A stretch of DNA of 64,000 nt from the IMG/VR virus record IMGVR_UViG_3300028581_003594, positions 8,694 through 72,693 of that record; one strand, 5' to 3'. Shown piece by piece: positions 63,999 to 64,000 of the stretch. How positions within the stretch are numbered: position 1 is the stretch's first letter; every line of letters starts with the position of its first letter. This DNA comes from a virus. The position numbers were made by a program, and so were the translations under genes. The notes beneath the pieces are model-generated. The model was not told where the DNA came from. It searched no databases and saw nothing but the letters and a program-made list of their open reading frames with translations.

Positions 63999-64000
63999 CA

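Noticed and set aside
1-64000. tRNA/rRNA genes, CRISPR arrays, alternative genetic code, and a specific host assignment
   Set aside because: Intergenic gaps are short and none shows these structures; genes read intact in code 11; the host cannot be determined without searches.

Overview
64 kb of a large T4-superfamily-like myovirus (probably a jumbo phage), standard genetic code, with four blocks. (1) 1-9656 (+): a 7-deazaguanine DNA-modification locus. It holds FolE, QueE, a DpdL-type T-fold protein (LxxxHRHxF motif), a YhhQ/VUT transporter, a purine phosphoribosyltransferase and GMP reductase, interleaved with a GT-B glycosyltransferase, GalE and a cupin. Two homing endonucleases have invaded it, each flanked by a duplicated 5' end of the downstream gene. 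(2) 9718-16377 (+): RNase H/5'-3' exonuclease, a MoxR AAA+/VWA-metallopeptidase pair and conserved hypotheticals. (3) 16374-33850: a ~17.5 kb sugar-tailoring cluster, mostly on the minus strand, with four glycosyltransferase-like genes, two paralogous SDR epimerases, a DegT aminotransferase, a PIG-L deacetylase, a NodU/TobZ carbamoyltransferase, two SGNH-like proteins and five SPASM/Twitch radical SAM enzymes. (4) 33902-64000 (mostly -): tail fibre and baseplate genes (gp5-, gp25- and gp6-like, plus a 4291-aa wedge protein studded with DGST motifs), interrupted by a small + strand island with a degenerate QueC. Regulatory signals include sigma70-like promoters, several positioned to give leaderless mRNAs, and TAAATA late-promoter motifs. 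No tRNA, rRNA or CRISPR array was seen. All calls come from motif recognition by eye; no database search was run.
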